NCBI RefSeq assembly: GCF_964204645.1
Contig: NC_134026.1
Span: 21,300,150-21,364,149 of the forward strand
From: Tubulanus polymorphus
Taxonomy: Eukaryota > Animalia > Nemertea
Reading direction: 5' to 3'
DNA: 64,000 nt
Positions within the stretch are counted from its first letter, which is position 1. Every line of letters starts with the position of its first letter. A program made the position numbers and the translations under genes. Shown in pieces: positions 8,439 to 22,362 of the stretch. The notes beneath the pieces are model-generated. The model saw only the letters and a program-made list of their open reading frames with translations. It made no database searches and had not been told where the DNA came from.

Positions 8439-11400
8439 ATGATAACAGTTCATACAAAATTGTGTATATGTACTTTTTATCACATTTCTATATGAAGGAC
8501 CCGGAGCAGAATAACTTTCGTATCTTGCGCCTATCCGCGAGGTTAACTGTTCCTGGTTTTCATCTAGGCCCAGTAGGACAAGCCCACCCTGTAAAAATGG
8601 CTCTTGACTGGACCGAAGCACCTGTGAGATGCGTGTCCATGGACTCCCGTGGTCTGTTTCTACATAATAGATTGAATTATCAGTGAGGCGTACCGTAAAT
8701 ACGCAGGAAATGAATAGGATAATGTGGGGAATAGAGCCGGGGATGATTTAACGAAAATCGAACCATATCGCCGAAGCAACCAAACCATAAAGAACGCCAA
8801 TGCTTCGATTTTGTTTCGACCGTCCGGCCCCAACACAGAGCTATTCTTGAAATTAATTCTCGATTCGTGTATACAGAAGGCAGCCAAAGATAAGTAATTC
8901 CGAAAAGAATTCCGAAACGTTTACGTTTTTCAGCAGTTCTTACAACTGCCTGGTACGTATAGGAGTTTGACGTTGTAATTGTTTTCCGTGAAACCACTTT
9001 TCTAGTACTTCCAGCGTCTAGTACGGGTAAAAATATCCACATTTTCTCTAAGATTCTAATCTATTTTGAAAATTGTTCAATAAACATCGGCGTACAGGGT
9101 ATATCTTTTTTTACGCTAAACGCCGAGCTACTAGAGGATAAAATCGTGCCAAGAGCGGGCTTTTTCGAGCGCGCTGCGCTCATTATTTCGCGCCTTGATT
9201 ACCGAAACGCACTCCACGGTGAAAGCGGGTCACGAGATCAGATCCAGCAGCTAGAAAGGAAAGTCGGAGGGCCTTTTGTCGGAGTCGATCACTAGCTGCG
9301 CTGCGAGTTTCTGCAAAACAAAAAACCAGCAGCAATTTTCCAAGAGCTCTTCGCTTTCTAGATCGTGGACAAATGAGCACCATTTTTCATCTTAGCGCCA
9401 GAACGATTTCTCTTTGAGATGCTACTTCACCGGTGTCTTGTACTGAAATCGATGCAGCCCCAGTTAATTCAACTAATTCTGTGAAATTCACCTTTTTGCG
9501 CTTATTGTCAGGGGAGTCGCTATGATTTTGTTTTAAGGGGGTCAGAATTGATACAAGAAACTATTCCTTGTGCACCGTATCCGGTTGAATGTTCTCAGTT
9601 TAGTTATAATTTTGGAAATTCTAAGCGTATTCTGGACCTATTCAGGCAAGATATACATATAATTGTGAAATTTCCGTATGCGAAAAATATTTGGGAACGA
9701 AATATGCGGAACTTGGATTTTAAAGGTCATTAGCACCACACCCCCCTCCCCTCCGCTATTGATGCCCGATTGTTAGTGCAAAAATATCAAAGACAATAAC
9801 TGAATATCCGAACATCCTTCAATTGTCAAGTCACCGACGTTGGGTTAGGCGCAATTTGCAGATTTTATCCAATAAAGAAATATGAAATACGGTAATTGAA
9901 AAGATAACCTTAACTCAATAATCTTCTCGCAGTGTTCGGAGTAAATATAAATTCGATGCGCTTTTATTAAGAGATTCGCTTCTTCTTGCGAGACTCGATT
10001 TTCTGATTACGTTCTCGATATACGTGTCAAGTTGATTTGTTTCTACCGTGGCAATAATTGACCATAATTCCTCGAGTCGCACAAAGATCGACATAATACC
10101 CACAATAAAATTCCATTTGCAACGCATTTAAGAGCTAGGCGCGCACCATTCGTTATACATTTTTAAGAGGCAATCGTTTTGTGATTGATGGAAGTTGATC
10201 GTTATTTATGAGTAGATAGTCGAATCATGATTATACTGCATGCTTGCCATGATTCGCCGTAATGTACTTCGACGCGTAGTTTGCATCCAGGTTTGCGGGC
10301 TCGGTCATCGTTGATGCGTGATGCGTGAACATGCGTGAACACACACACACTCCCGCGCTCACCTCGACGAATGTGTGCTGGTGTTCAGTAATCACGGAAT
10401 GGATGGTGTCAAGCGGTGTATTAAATGCGTCCGGCGTCGCGATCAAGGCGTCACAAACCCGCAATCATTATGCGCGGCAATGGAAAAGTCAATCCGCCGA
10501 TAACGCCAATATAGTTCATAAAAATTCATTGCGAATTTTTTGGCGAATTCGTTGACACTGAAGTCGATCCAAACAAGTTTCCCACCTCTCACTCCTCTCT
10601 CTACCGTGGCGATTCGAACCTTTAGAAAATTCAGAGGCCCTACGAGCGGATGTTCTTTTCAGGGGCGAATACAATTGCCCTTTTTTTCGGGTATCGCTGC
10701 CCCCCGCCGAAAATAGACGAAGATGCAACTGGCCGACTCTGCCCGGATGGGTTGTGCAGAAATGTCAGGTCACGCAATGAAAGAAAAAACAGTTCCTAAA
10801 TCTTTAAAAATCTTTGAAAATTTGTTTTCACATCTACTTTTTAGGCCTATGGTTTTTTGTTCCCTCTTCACAGGTGGTTATCGGTTTTTGTCTGAAAATT
10901 TCGCGCATTTGAAACTGAAAAGATGCTTCGTGATGAACGAAACGCCGGGTGGTTCGAGTTTCAGCGGAACTTTTTATAAGGTGTCCCCCCATGTCGGGTC
11001 CTGTGAGTAGGCTCTCACACAGAGAAAAGATGGGAAATTCGATCCCTTTTGAAAAATCCAGGGGATGGCCAAGTTACCGGGGTCAATTATTAGGATTCGA
11101 GACGAAGGCGGAAAAAATCGATTGTGATCGATCGCGCGCACGTGTTGGATTCAACCATGGATGAATTATCATTATTAGTCTATGGCGGCACAGTATGCAG
11201 GGAAGCAGGTAAGGTTGTAAATTAAACCAGGACTGCAGTTTGTCATTAACTTTTTGAGTCATCTGATTTACCATTTAATCGTGTCCCCCTTATTCTTGCT
11301 AAAGTGTTGTATAGGCCTACAGTAGTTGATTTGATACAAAATACTAGGTTCCTAATAAAGAAAATAGGCCTAAAGAATATTACTAGAGGCCTAAGGAAAT

Positions 11401-12699
11401 GTGGTCAAACCAGAGTGGTGTTCGCCTCAAAACCCACAGAGTGGACTATTTTGGGTGCAAGTAGACCAGTAGCCAAATGTTGTTGAGAGGCTGACAGATA
11501 ACAGGGTTTCTGGCTTCTGCCTAAATTTAGTCGGTCAGTCCTAAATTCACTGAGGCTTATCATCTGAGATATGGGTCTCTACCCAGTGGCCAGTGCCTGG
11601 TACCTTTCGTTGTAGGCCTGTGGTTATATAATGTCGATGATAAAACTCATATGGAACTGAATTTGTTGCTGGGTGCCTAATTAGTCAGGCCTTTGAGCTT
11701 GTTCTGAGCATTGATGGAGGTATCCCATATCCCTAAAATTATACGGTCACTGTAATAACCTGATCTGAATGATTGCTGGTACAGAACAGTATAGGCTACA
11801 CAGAGGATTTGAGATGGTATTTCTATAGACCTGACGGTAATGGTAGGCCTATTATAACAGGATTATTATTTGAAGAAGGTGAAGCCCATCAAACTGTTCC
11901 ATACCTAGTTAAACATTCATTTAATTTATATTCATCACCAGGCCCCCCTAGACCTATAACTTTTATTGATTGATTTAATTCTAAGGTCATTCGGTTTATT
12001 TTCCAATAGGTAAACAACCGTAACTTTTGGTGATTCAATCAAGATTTTAAGGCTCAAGGGACACAAATAGGCCTAGCAGGGTAGGTCCTACCTACAGTAA
12101 GCTTACATGTAGGCTGATAGGCACGATGTAATTTGAAGAATAGCGCCTATGGGTACTGTAATTCAGAATCATTAGACTTTGGATTGGGCTGATTTACAAA
12201 ACTTCTATTCTATAAGACCCCAAAAATTTCAAATGCCACATCAATGTAATGGCATTGTAATGTCAAAAAGGGTACAAAATTATCATTTTAACAATCTGAA
12301 AAGGGGCACGTTCTTTAAAACAAACAAAATATAGACCAGTTTCAATTAATTTACCCTAAAAAACTGAGACTCTCAGATCTTGCCCCTGGATCCATTTTTT
12401 TAAACGCAGGGATGTAAAATAATTGTAACAGGGGGCGAATATGTAGGTTTTCTCCAGTGACATAGGCCTCATTTCTCGGAACCAATCCCCTGGCTGATTG
12501 AAATCCTCGTCGGTGGCCTTCGAATATATGTACATCTGGAATGAGAACACAGTAACTCCAGGAAAACTTTTTCATGCTGAGCACATGTTCAGTATTAGTG
12601 TAGGAGGTGGGGGTGTAAAACCACAAAACTTCGTATCTGGGCCGAGAGATCATTGTGAAATACATCTAATCGGCCGGCGGTGTACAGACAAGTCTATAC

Positions 12700-13396
12700 A
12701 TACATATAAAACAGGCGGCGCAATATATCATAGCCTTACATACCCAACTGTATTCGTTACTGGAGCTGTGTACATTATTACGTATCAATAGAAGAAAGGG
12801 GAAAAGTTAATTTGGATTCGAATACCGAGGTGTGTAGTTATATGGATATAATCATCATCATCGTCGACAACAGTCGAAGCTCCAGAACGAACATTTCCCC
12901 TCTCTGTGTGTCTGCGCCGCGCGAGTATCCGTTGTTCTAAAATCTACGCGCATCTTTCTCCGTATCGCTCATCAACAAGCGTGTGGCGACTCGGAAGAGA
13001 AGAAGATTTCATGCGATAAACTCACTCCCGGACAAAGTTTTCATATTTTGCGTTTAGAAGTTCGTTTCGATAGCGACAACTGCTAGCGTGCGTGCGCGCG
13101 CCCGCACAAGGATGATGCGCTGAATTTTTTTGTTTAAGTGGAAATATTCTCTTGTACACGTCTCTGATGATAATTTCAGGAAAATGAACGAATGAACGAG
13201 AGTAAATTCGAATTCTTCGAAAAGTTACTTCTGAAAACATTTGAAAAAAAAAAATAACAAGGCGCTGATCACTCCCGTTCGAGACGAGAAGAATTTCGCG
13301 TCGAGCGGATAATATACGGCGTGTATCAAAAGTTGAAAATCCGATTCGACAATCGTCGGACAAGACTTTGTTACCCGGTGGCTATTCTCGGAATAG
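12700..13396 (+). promoter_or_regulatory. Candidate promoter and non-coding first exon of the FGFR-like gene
   Basis: TATAAAA near 12705, CpG-rich UTR-like sequence, strong donor AG|GTAAGT at 13396/13397; the ATG exon at 52069 starts with an acceptor, so an upstream exon must exist. Start coordinate approximate. Confidence 0.5.
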
Positions 13397-16285
13397 GTAA
13401 GTTATAAATGAAATATTTACGTTTCGAACTGTCTATAAAAGAATGCCGTATTTCATTCGAATAAGTTATTTATTGTCTTGTTTTGTTTCTCGCGTGTTCG
13501 CCGCGTCGAATTCCGAGCGTGCTTTGTACGTTCTCGTCGTTGTAAAATGCAATTTGATATGCTCGAATTCGTTCCCCGGGTTTTTACGATGAATGGAATA
13601 ATGATGATGGCATCTGAATTTTGAATGGAGTGACGAGTGTCCAGCTAAAGCCGACGCAAAAAAGAGAGAGCCGCCTCTGGTCAGACAGCGATCACGTACC
13701 TAACTGTGAGACTCTTGTCACTCCGAGTGGTTTTTAATGGTTCCAGAAAATTAAGGATGGAGCTAGGACTCATTGAAGGGGGTCGACCTTAAGATTGGAA
13801 TGGGGCACTTAATTTGAAAAGGGCAGATATGGCAATGCGAGGGCCGCAAATGCGAAACGTTGGTGGGAGTTCTGGTGGACCTTCCGCGGAAAATTTAGGA
13901 GAAAAAAGGGATTTCTGGCCTTTGGGACCCATCCGGACTAATGTTTCGTTTCTTAAATTGTCTTTTCGGGAAAAAAATTTTCAAGGCTTTAGATGGGCAA
14001 ACTCGAATTTTAACGGGGTGGACCTGTCCACCCTGTCCAAACCCTTGAATCCGCTTTTGAAGATGCTTGTGATAGCGAATAGACCATAATCTAGTAGATT
14101 GACCCATACCTCTCTTATCTCATAGGGAGACCTGTTAACGATGAAAAGAAAAATTACTGATCTAGATTGTAATATAAGCGATAAAGTCACACAGAGTGAC
14201 TCATAGTTGATTGATTGTTCTGTTGTTTATCAAAAAACAATCATGGATTTAGATGAATTGTATGAAGATTGATAGTCAAATGGGCCATAGCTATGGGCAA
14301 GGCATTTACTCAGTTTAAAGTTTTGTTTAACTTGAGTGAAGCATTTCAACTCGAGTGATGGCATATAAAATGGTTTTGCTAACCTCAGCAACTTTTTATT
14401 TCTTTGATAGCATCTCATCAAAAGTGACTCAAGTGTTCATTTACTTCACTTAGAAGATATATATATATTTCCTGTGACGTACAGACCCCCAGCCAGCAAC
14501 AATTTGCGATCATTTCTCATGATTGTAACCACACAATCATAGATCTCGACGGATGACAAGCGATAATCATAAAACATGTATCTTTAATTGCCTGACGCAA
14601 TAGTTAATGATAACAATGATGAATCGGTTTTTACTACTATAGACGGCAGACTTTTTGTTTGTATTACCGTATCGTATGGCGCGGAGACAGTATTAATTCT
14701 ATTTTATTAGGTGTTAAACGAATGACGGATAATGCTCGGTATTGTTTTTGTTCATTACACCTTTGTCGAAAAAGATCTAGGGACAGGCGCGTAAATCTAG
14801 GATTCTCGTCAATTTGGTCGAGTTGTAATTTATGGTCGTCGAACAGTCAATATTTCTGCTGGATCGCGCTTTTCGTTCTGATGCGCTAATGATAGGGTTC
14901 ACCTTTGTTATCAAGACGTTTTTTGTCGCGCTGAAAATGTTTTTCCCGAAGTCGGACGGCATTTTTTGATCCACTTGATCAAATCAAAGTTAGTGACCCT
15001 TTCTACGCAGGCATGCTTTCACAAATATTATGAATGCTGTTACTTAAACTTTGTGATGATTTACTATGCGATGAATCATTGAAAAGAAAAATTTTCAGTG
15101 CAAATATATCATAATCAGATGGTTGTAGAGAGGATTAAACTAATGTAACATCTTTGTAAGATTTCTTTTCCTTAATCGAAGAAGCAAACTGCTTGGCTTA
15201 TATAGTTCTGTTTACTGTGGTACCAAGTTCTGTTATCGGTCGACGAGATATATTTAAGATCTGTGCGATCTGTGCGCATGGCTTGAACTTTGATATCAAT
15301 CTTTTTTGAGTCTTTATCGTGGTCGACAAAGCGTTCGAATATTTAGGATTGGCCTGTGCAAGATCGAAAAGATAGAAGTCTAGGTATCTAAAAAGTATCT
15401 GAATTAGAGCACAGGTTGAAATGTTTTATCGTATGCAAAATACTCGTCGAAAATACTGAGAAGGTCGGTACCGGTTCAACTGGAAATTGGGCTTTATAAG
15501 ATATCATAACTGTTCGTCATTCATGGTGTTGGCTCATCGCTCAGTTTGAGGACTTCCTGATTAGGAGCCAGAATGTCTACTATTTGTACATATTAGCAAC
15601 AAACACCAACTCGTGAAATCATAAAAACCAAATTTGTAAATTTTTAAGTCGCGTACTCATCTGTGTAACTCTGCTTGACGCTCTAGGCCGGTGGATTTGT
15701 TTATGAAATGGCGTCCCACTCCCATCCTGTTCCCTGGCATAAAGATACCACATCAATAAAGTAGAGCATTAAACAGGTATATAATATCTAACTAATTATA
15801 TACAGTACAGGCATCCAACAGTGTTTACCAGATAGCAGCAAATCAGGCTTGCTTCCTATCTCCCCTCTCTCCTCTCTCTCTCTCTCTCTGATCGAACTAA
15901 ATATCTTTGTGTATTGTAACGAGGGACAAGATCCGACTATTGAGTATTGAGTAAAGCAGCCGAAGGAATTCTCCGACGAAATACCTTTTATTGATGAAAA
16001 AAGTTGCTAGATTCTGGTAGCTTCGCGCTCGGAATTCTTCATTCTTAAAACAAAGCAGCGCAATCTGTGTACAGACCAGATATTGACTGAATCAGTGAAT
16101 ATGCGAAGTTTAATCGTACTATCTGCATATTTTCAGTATTTGATCAATTTGGTTTTTGGGAATTACAGTTGTAAAAACATCATTGAGGCTTAGGCCTGCT
16201 TTATATGATAAGCAGGCTCTATGCACATTTGGTGGATATTGTCTGCTGGAATCGCTTGCAGCTACGGCTAGCCCCAAAACACATA

Positions 16286-16516
16286 AGCTGCGATGACACT
16301 TGCATTTTTGGCTCAGGCCAAATTTTGGTACGGGTCAAATCATTGCAACTGGTTCCGGAAGTGACTCACTTCGCTTTGTTTAAGCATTGTTTATAATCGA
16401 GTGAGTGATTAACGTGTGAACGCACTCTCTTTTTTAGGCATCGGCCAAATTAGACTCGGGCCTGATCCATGCCATTATGGCCCGGGCAAAATCAAATTGT
16501 CTCCGTATAATGCTTG
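16286..16516 (+). mobile_element. MITE family A, internally deleted and diverged copy
   Basis: agctgcgatgacact start; cacttcgctttgtttaagcattgttt, gtgtgaacgc and gcctgatcc blocks shared with 7058-7366. Confidence 0.7.
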
Positions 16517-17072
16517 CGTACATCCCGGACCCCATGTCTTTGTCTTGTGATTCATTCAAGCAGACACTCAAAACAGTTCTTTTCCGTGCTAGCTACACAC
16601 AGTTTTTCTAGAGGAACGCATTTCAACTTTTGTGAGGAGCCTTGCGCCTTGCAGCCTGAGTGAACTTTAAAACTCCCGGTACAAACTGGTAATAATCGTG
16701 TTTACGTGAATTGATTTGATTATTTCATATTTCATAACACGATTATGAGCTGTGCTGCTCAGAATTTGCGAAGGATTCTAAACGACGAGAACAACAACGA
16801 AGCATCAATTCGGCGCGCTGCTGCGGCCGCGGTCGGGTTTTCACGAGGAATTTTAACTGCCAGGTATTTAAATGACGTCAGAATAGGTGAAGTGTGAACA
16901 GATTCTTATTAACTCCGCCGAAGGTCTTTTCCGGCAGGCGGCTGTTGTTGGTCTTTGGCCAGCCACTAATTACACGCTGCATATGTGTGGTTCCTCCACC
17001 TCGCCTTTTCTGAAACTATACGGTAACCTCGTGTAATCGGGCTATTTCATAAACATATGTAGAATATGTTAA

Positions 17073-17860
17073 GGGGGGGCTCGGATCGACCTTACGACAC
17101 GACAACTGGTCGCCCACTGGTGACACCGCCGATCGTCGCACGATTTCCATCGCCAATTCTAGTCGATCTGAGTCTAGTCTAGCTACGACCGTCATGCGAC
17201 AGTTTTTCACGATCGACAGTTTTTCACGATCGGCGACTGAATCGCGGGAGTTGTTCTACGACCCGACGGAACCTGTCGCTGACTCGTCATCGTCGATGTG
17301 CGTGTTGAGTTGCCGACTCCACAACTAATTTCAGCCAATTAGAGTAGCGGATCAAAAATAAACATGGCGAGTGACCTCATGGACCGTCAAATATGAAGGA
17401 ATGCTCATTGTTATTGTGGAAAGAAATACACAGCCTCTATATACAACGCCGCTGCTGCTGCTGCTGCTGCTGCTGCCGCTGCCGCCGCCGCCGCCGCCCC
17501 CGCCCCCGCCGCCGCCCCACAACATTTTTGCATGTTCATTATAAAAAACCTTTGATGGATGATAGAACTATTGATATTATTTGAATCACTCTAAAAAAAT
17601 TTAATTTTTCTCTCACAATAATGCCACTAAAGAGATGGAGAGTTTATGGAATAAGTTGGCACACGTATTGTTATTTTTTATCAGGGTAATGTGCGCATGT
17701 AGCTTTGAACGGGTCACGTGATCTACTCGTAGGGAGCCCACGACTCGGTGTATCAGTGTATCGGTCCAGTCGTTTCGACCGATAGCAACTGGTCGGCGAT
17801 TATCGCTGAATTTCGATCTGAGTGCAATCTACGATCCAACAGGTCGATCTGAGCCCGGCT
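17073..17860 (+). mobile_element. Non-autonomous PIF/Harbinger-like element with MADF/Myb-SANT relic
   Basis: TIRs gggggggctcggatcgacct / aggtcgatctgagcccggct (16/20), TAA and TTA flanks; frameshifted WTVKYEGMLI-LLWKEIHSLY at 17380-17440. Confidence 0.6.
17447..17519. repeat. Compound (GCT)n(GCC)n microsatellite
   Basis: Direct reading. Confidence 0.95.
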
Positions 17861-20746
17861 TTATGGTGTTTGATCCTAATTTCTCATAAACTAGACTGAT
17901 TTCATTGGTCCGAAATGATCCAGATTGTGTAAGGTTAGATTTTTGGCAGTATTCCGGTATTCCGGACGATGCTTTAGCTTGTTTGTCGGGGTACTAGAAA
18001 TTGAAATGTAACTTTTTGTGTGCAACAGGATTCAAGAAATTTCCGATTTCACAATTAAAAGATGTTTAATATAATGCTGTCCTGTATTTTCTTGTTAGAA
18101 TCTGAAATTGGCAAAGCGCGATATCAAACTTTGACGCAGAACACTGACAATGGAGGATCTCCCGGGCCGCTACGTTCTGATTCTATAGACTGAGTCGTGG
18201 TAAGGGGTCTGCTGCACGAAGAGTTCATGCATTTTTCTATATGATTGTATGATAACTTTTCGGGAGTGCAATTGCATTAAAGCTTGCATTATATATGTTG
18301 GTATGTACTAGAATGTATGAACACAAGTCTGAAAATGGGGAAAGTACTGTCAAAGTCCTCCTTCCTAACGCCACTGTTGGGACCAAAGAAAAAACATGGC
18401 GTTATAAAGAATGATATTTTCATTGAATTTGAGTTAGATTGAGTAAATTTGTTCACTGAAAAATGTTCACATTAAGCGAGCAGTGGCATTATGGCATTAT
18501 AACGAACTTTGACTTGTATTTCAATAGGACTACCTGGGGAGTTGCCTTGTATTGTTATTTACTCAAGTAGATAGATATGAGGAAGGTTGGTATAGTTTAG
18601 TTACCAAATTTCAGATAGAATGCTGGGGCCAGTTGCTCAAAAGTTGCTTAAAGATAACTGGTGGATTTGATATGATTTATTTAGATAGCATAGTAACAAT
18701 GAACTTGTAATCGTCACTATACTGTGTCAACTATATGTCAACTATCCACTGGTTAACTCTAACCAGTTTTTGACCCCTTTTGTATATAGAAGATAACGAA
18801 CTTCATAGAACCCATGCCGATAGAACTTAAAAAAGAATTTTTCATTTTGCACAAAATCTGAATTAGTGCATAGCTGGATGTGTATCCAGTATAACTCGGC
18901 TCGGCTATACATTGTGATATTCTATCACGGCAATTGTAAACGAAACCATCGCGTAAAAAAAGAAAATTATTATCAGGAGCACTGACGTGTTTAATTATTG
19001 AACAGACGCCAATTGTAGCTGTGGTATTCTTTATATGATTACGTAGGACACGGATAATATAACAAGCTGCGGTGATTTTTTTAACTAAACCCGGTAACTG
19101 TGCCTTAGAAATCGTGTCGACCTGTAAAAATCGAAAACGGCCGCTAGTAGTAGTATAGGAGGGGCTGCCCATAACCGCATCGAAAGGTAGATCCAGAGTC
19201 GAAAAAATCTGATGGCCGAAACTCTTGTTTTTAATCGTTTCGAAAAAAAAAGAATGTTGAAACCGTCGTTCTGAATTTGCTCTCGCAGACAAAGATTTTT
19301 ACGTTTCTGAATTTGCTCTCGGAAATCTTGGGATGAAAACGTTTAGCGTACAAAAATGGAAATTTCAAATGAGTCAGTTATCTATAGGCAACAATTGATA
19401 TAGATCATAGAAGTGTAAACTGAACACTTTTTATCATGTACGGCTATGTACGAGTCTTTGATTGTCTGACTTGGGAAAAAGTTTCGTCTGAGTTTGTTGA
19501 CTGTATTCTAACAGATGCGCGCACGTTCACAGAGCATAAAGACCTTGATAATCGAATACGGTATGTCAAGTATGGCTCCCCGTCGCTAGAGTTCTCGGTA
19601 ATCTCTCTCTCTCTCTCTTTCTGTCTCTCTCTCTCAATGAGAACTTGCGGTTATACATGAATGGGCGTGATGTCATTTCAGTACATCAAGTATACGCATC
19701 ACATCCAACGCAGGCACACATCCGACTCCCGATGTCTTGTATAGAATGCAATTGGGTCAGAAATCGGGCGAAAAAATTTGTACCTATTGATAACACCATT
19801 GAATAGCGTTGATTGGGCCATTGAACGCGAGCGCGTATTATGAGAGCGTTTTTCGCGGAAGCGCAATTTTCTGGCGTTTTACGCTTTTCTAATTTTTACG
19901 ATTATCGCCTTGGTTGCCGTCGGCGTCGGCGTGAGCAGATTGAGCGAAAAATGACGCATGAGATGCGCATAGATCAGGGAGGACGGAGACGAGCGGGATA
20001 GATAATTCAGCTAGTTGTGACACGCGAAGTAAATCTCGGCTTTTACACCCGAGAAAAAACTAGTCTATTAATTTTTGTCTGAGATAGTTTTTCGTTTTCG
20101 TATCTAGCTTTTTTGAACATGTATATTCCTTGTTGTTGTAGGATGATTTGTGCAATCTGAATAAACTATCGTTTTTATATCCTTTTTCATTTTATCGACG
20201 GATTGTCAAAACGTCTTCGTCAAATCATCTGAATCGGAGAAAAGAGACTCCATTTTATGAACTAAATCGATTCTAACAATACGTTTCCATGGACACGCAG
20301 GGAATGTTGTTAAGAATTCAAAATGGCTGATCTTCTCTTTTTTCAACATGAAAAATGAAGGCCTTTCGGCAATCCTTCAATACAGTGTTAAATGGATATA
20401 AAAACGATGGCGTTTGTGGAGAGACTGTAGTTTTACTGGTCGTATCATTAAGACCAATTAGAGGTATGGGTTTTGAAAGGTTTGGCGAAATATCCCTGAA
20501 AGAATCGATCGTAGACATGAATAAACCAGGCTTTTTTAGTGATTGTTTCTTCGTAGAACGTTGTCGTAAATTCAACTCGCGATTAACTCGCGCATTAATC
20601 GTTAATCGACGACGATCAAAAGCGATTATTTTCGCGAGATCGATTTTAATCGATCGTAGAAATGATCGTCGTCGTTTTTATGAATGGATTTTTCAATTCG
20701 AAGCGTTTGAATAGTTTTAATAGTCTCCCAGTACGCTTGCAGTGTA

Positions 20747-21040
20747 AGGCACGATCGCGCAAGCGTTTTTGGCCCGTGACGACTGTTCGCACGCTTGCCA
20801 AATTGGCCCGTGCCCGTTTGACCCGACCAAAAACGTCGGACCATGCCTGTGCCAAATGCTAGCATGGGTCAAATAAAAGCATGTGAATTGCATCTGGTTT
20901 TGGAATTGACATCTCTTTTTTTAAGCATTGCTTAGTATCGAGTGAGTGGTTTACGTGTGAACGCGCCCTTTATAAGGTATGGGCAAAATTTGACTCTGGC
21001 CTGATCATGGGCCAAATCGTCTCCGTTTGATCTAGCGGCT
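20747..21040 (+). mobile_element. MITE family A copy
   Basis: aggcacgatcgcgc ... ccgtttgatctagcggct; shared internal blocks. Confidence 0.75.
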
Positions 21041-21043
21041 ATA

Positions 21044-21376
21044 AGCTGCGATCAGACGGAGACGATTTGGCTCGGGCCAAATTTGGCCCGTGCCTAATGA
21101 GAGAGGGCGTTCACACGCAAACCATTCACTCGATACTAAACAATGCTTAAACAAAGTGAAGTGGATCATTTCCGGTGCCAGTTGCAATTCAAACGCAATC
21201 ATTTGTCTGGTGCTAAGATTTGGCTCGGGCCTGGTCTGACGTTTTTGATCTGGCCAAATTTGGCCCGGGCCAAAAAGGCTCAGTCCCATTTGGCACTCGA
21301 GTGAACAGTTGTTCCGCGCCAAATTTGGCTCGGGCCAAATCAGGCCCGTGCCAAAAATGCTTGCGTGATCGCGGCT
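21044..21376 (-). mobile_element. MITE family A copy, inverted, ATA TSD
   Basis: ATA-agctgcgatcagacgg ... tgcgtgatcgcggct-ATA; reverse complement of the 7058 copy. Confidence 0.82.
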
Positions 21377-21857
21377 ATAGTTTCATGATTTCCCCCTGGA
21401 GCAGATTTTCACCAATAGCTCCACGTTGTATACATTTACATAAACAATAAACTCTCTAAATAATCTTTAAACTCGCTAATCTTGAGGTATTAGGTTTGAC
21501 AGAATGTAATGCTCTGCTCCTCGAGTTTATGAGCGCTTCAGCTAGTGTTCTGCACCATCCACTAGAAAACGAACGCACAAAGGCCACTTGGAGCATCCAT
21601 TTCCTTTATCACCATGTCAAAACTTGAGATTATCAAACGGGCAACTTTGATCGAACCCAGTCTTTAGATACGGAGATTTATCATGAGTTTATCTAGCATG
21701 AGATCCGTTTAAATCTAGTGTAAATTAGACAAAGTTTTCATTTTTTGTTGTTGTTTATTTGGCTATTTAAAAGGGTTTTCGGAGAGATGCAGGGAGCATT
21801 TTTTTCGAAATAGCGCTTTACAAAAGTCCTTCATCGGTATTTATTATTATCAATATT

Positions 21858-22033
21858 CAGAGATGTAAGACTTCCGTTTTTCGACGGAATTTTCCGACGG
21901 AATTTTTTTCATTTTCCTGGTAAAAAAATGCTGTGAAATTGTATTTGAGAACACTTTAAATTTAAAAAATTTCTAAATTTTTTGGGATATCAACTATTTT
22001 TCCTTTTTTTTCCTTTGGCCACTTCCATCTCTG
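21858..22033. mobile_element. hAT-like MITE, 6-bp TSD
   Basis: AATATT-cagagatg ... catctctg-AATATT. Confidence 0.6.
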
Positions 22034-22206
22034 AATATTAATAATATATTTGTCTATCAATATATCTACAAGATCAATATATGTACAAAATTTTTATAGA
22101 TGTTGCTATAATTTCCACTGGTCGTACATAATTGAAAGGACATCCCCAAGCCTAAAGGCTGGACCAAAAAAGGGGGAATCCTAGAAATAGAAAAAAACAA
22201 CAAAAT

Positions 22207-22317
22207 CCACCACCACCACCACCACCACCACCACCACCACCACCACCACCACCACCACCACCACCACCACCACCACCACCACCACCACCACCACCACCAC
22301 CACCACCACCACAACCA

Positions 22318-22362
<45 letters not shown>

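Noticed and set aside
8462-9042. Small gene or LINE 5' end downstream of the polyA signal
   Set aside because: Short ORFs without motifs; no structure I could support
18759-19292. Longest ORF in the track (177 aa, minus strand)
   Set aside because: Non-ATG start, no recognisable domain, no supporting splice structure; consistent with chance
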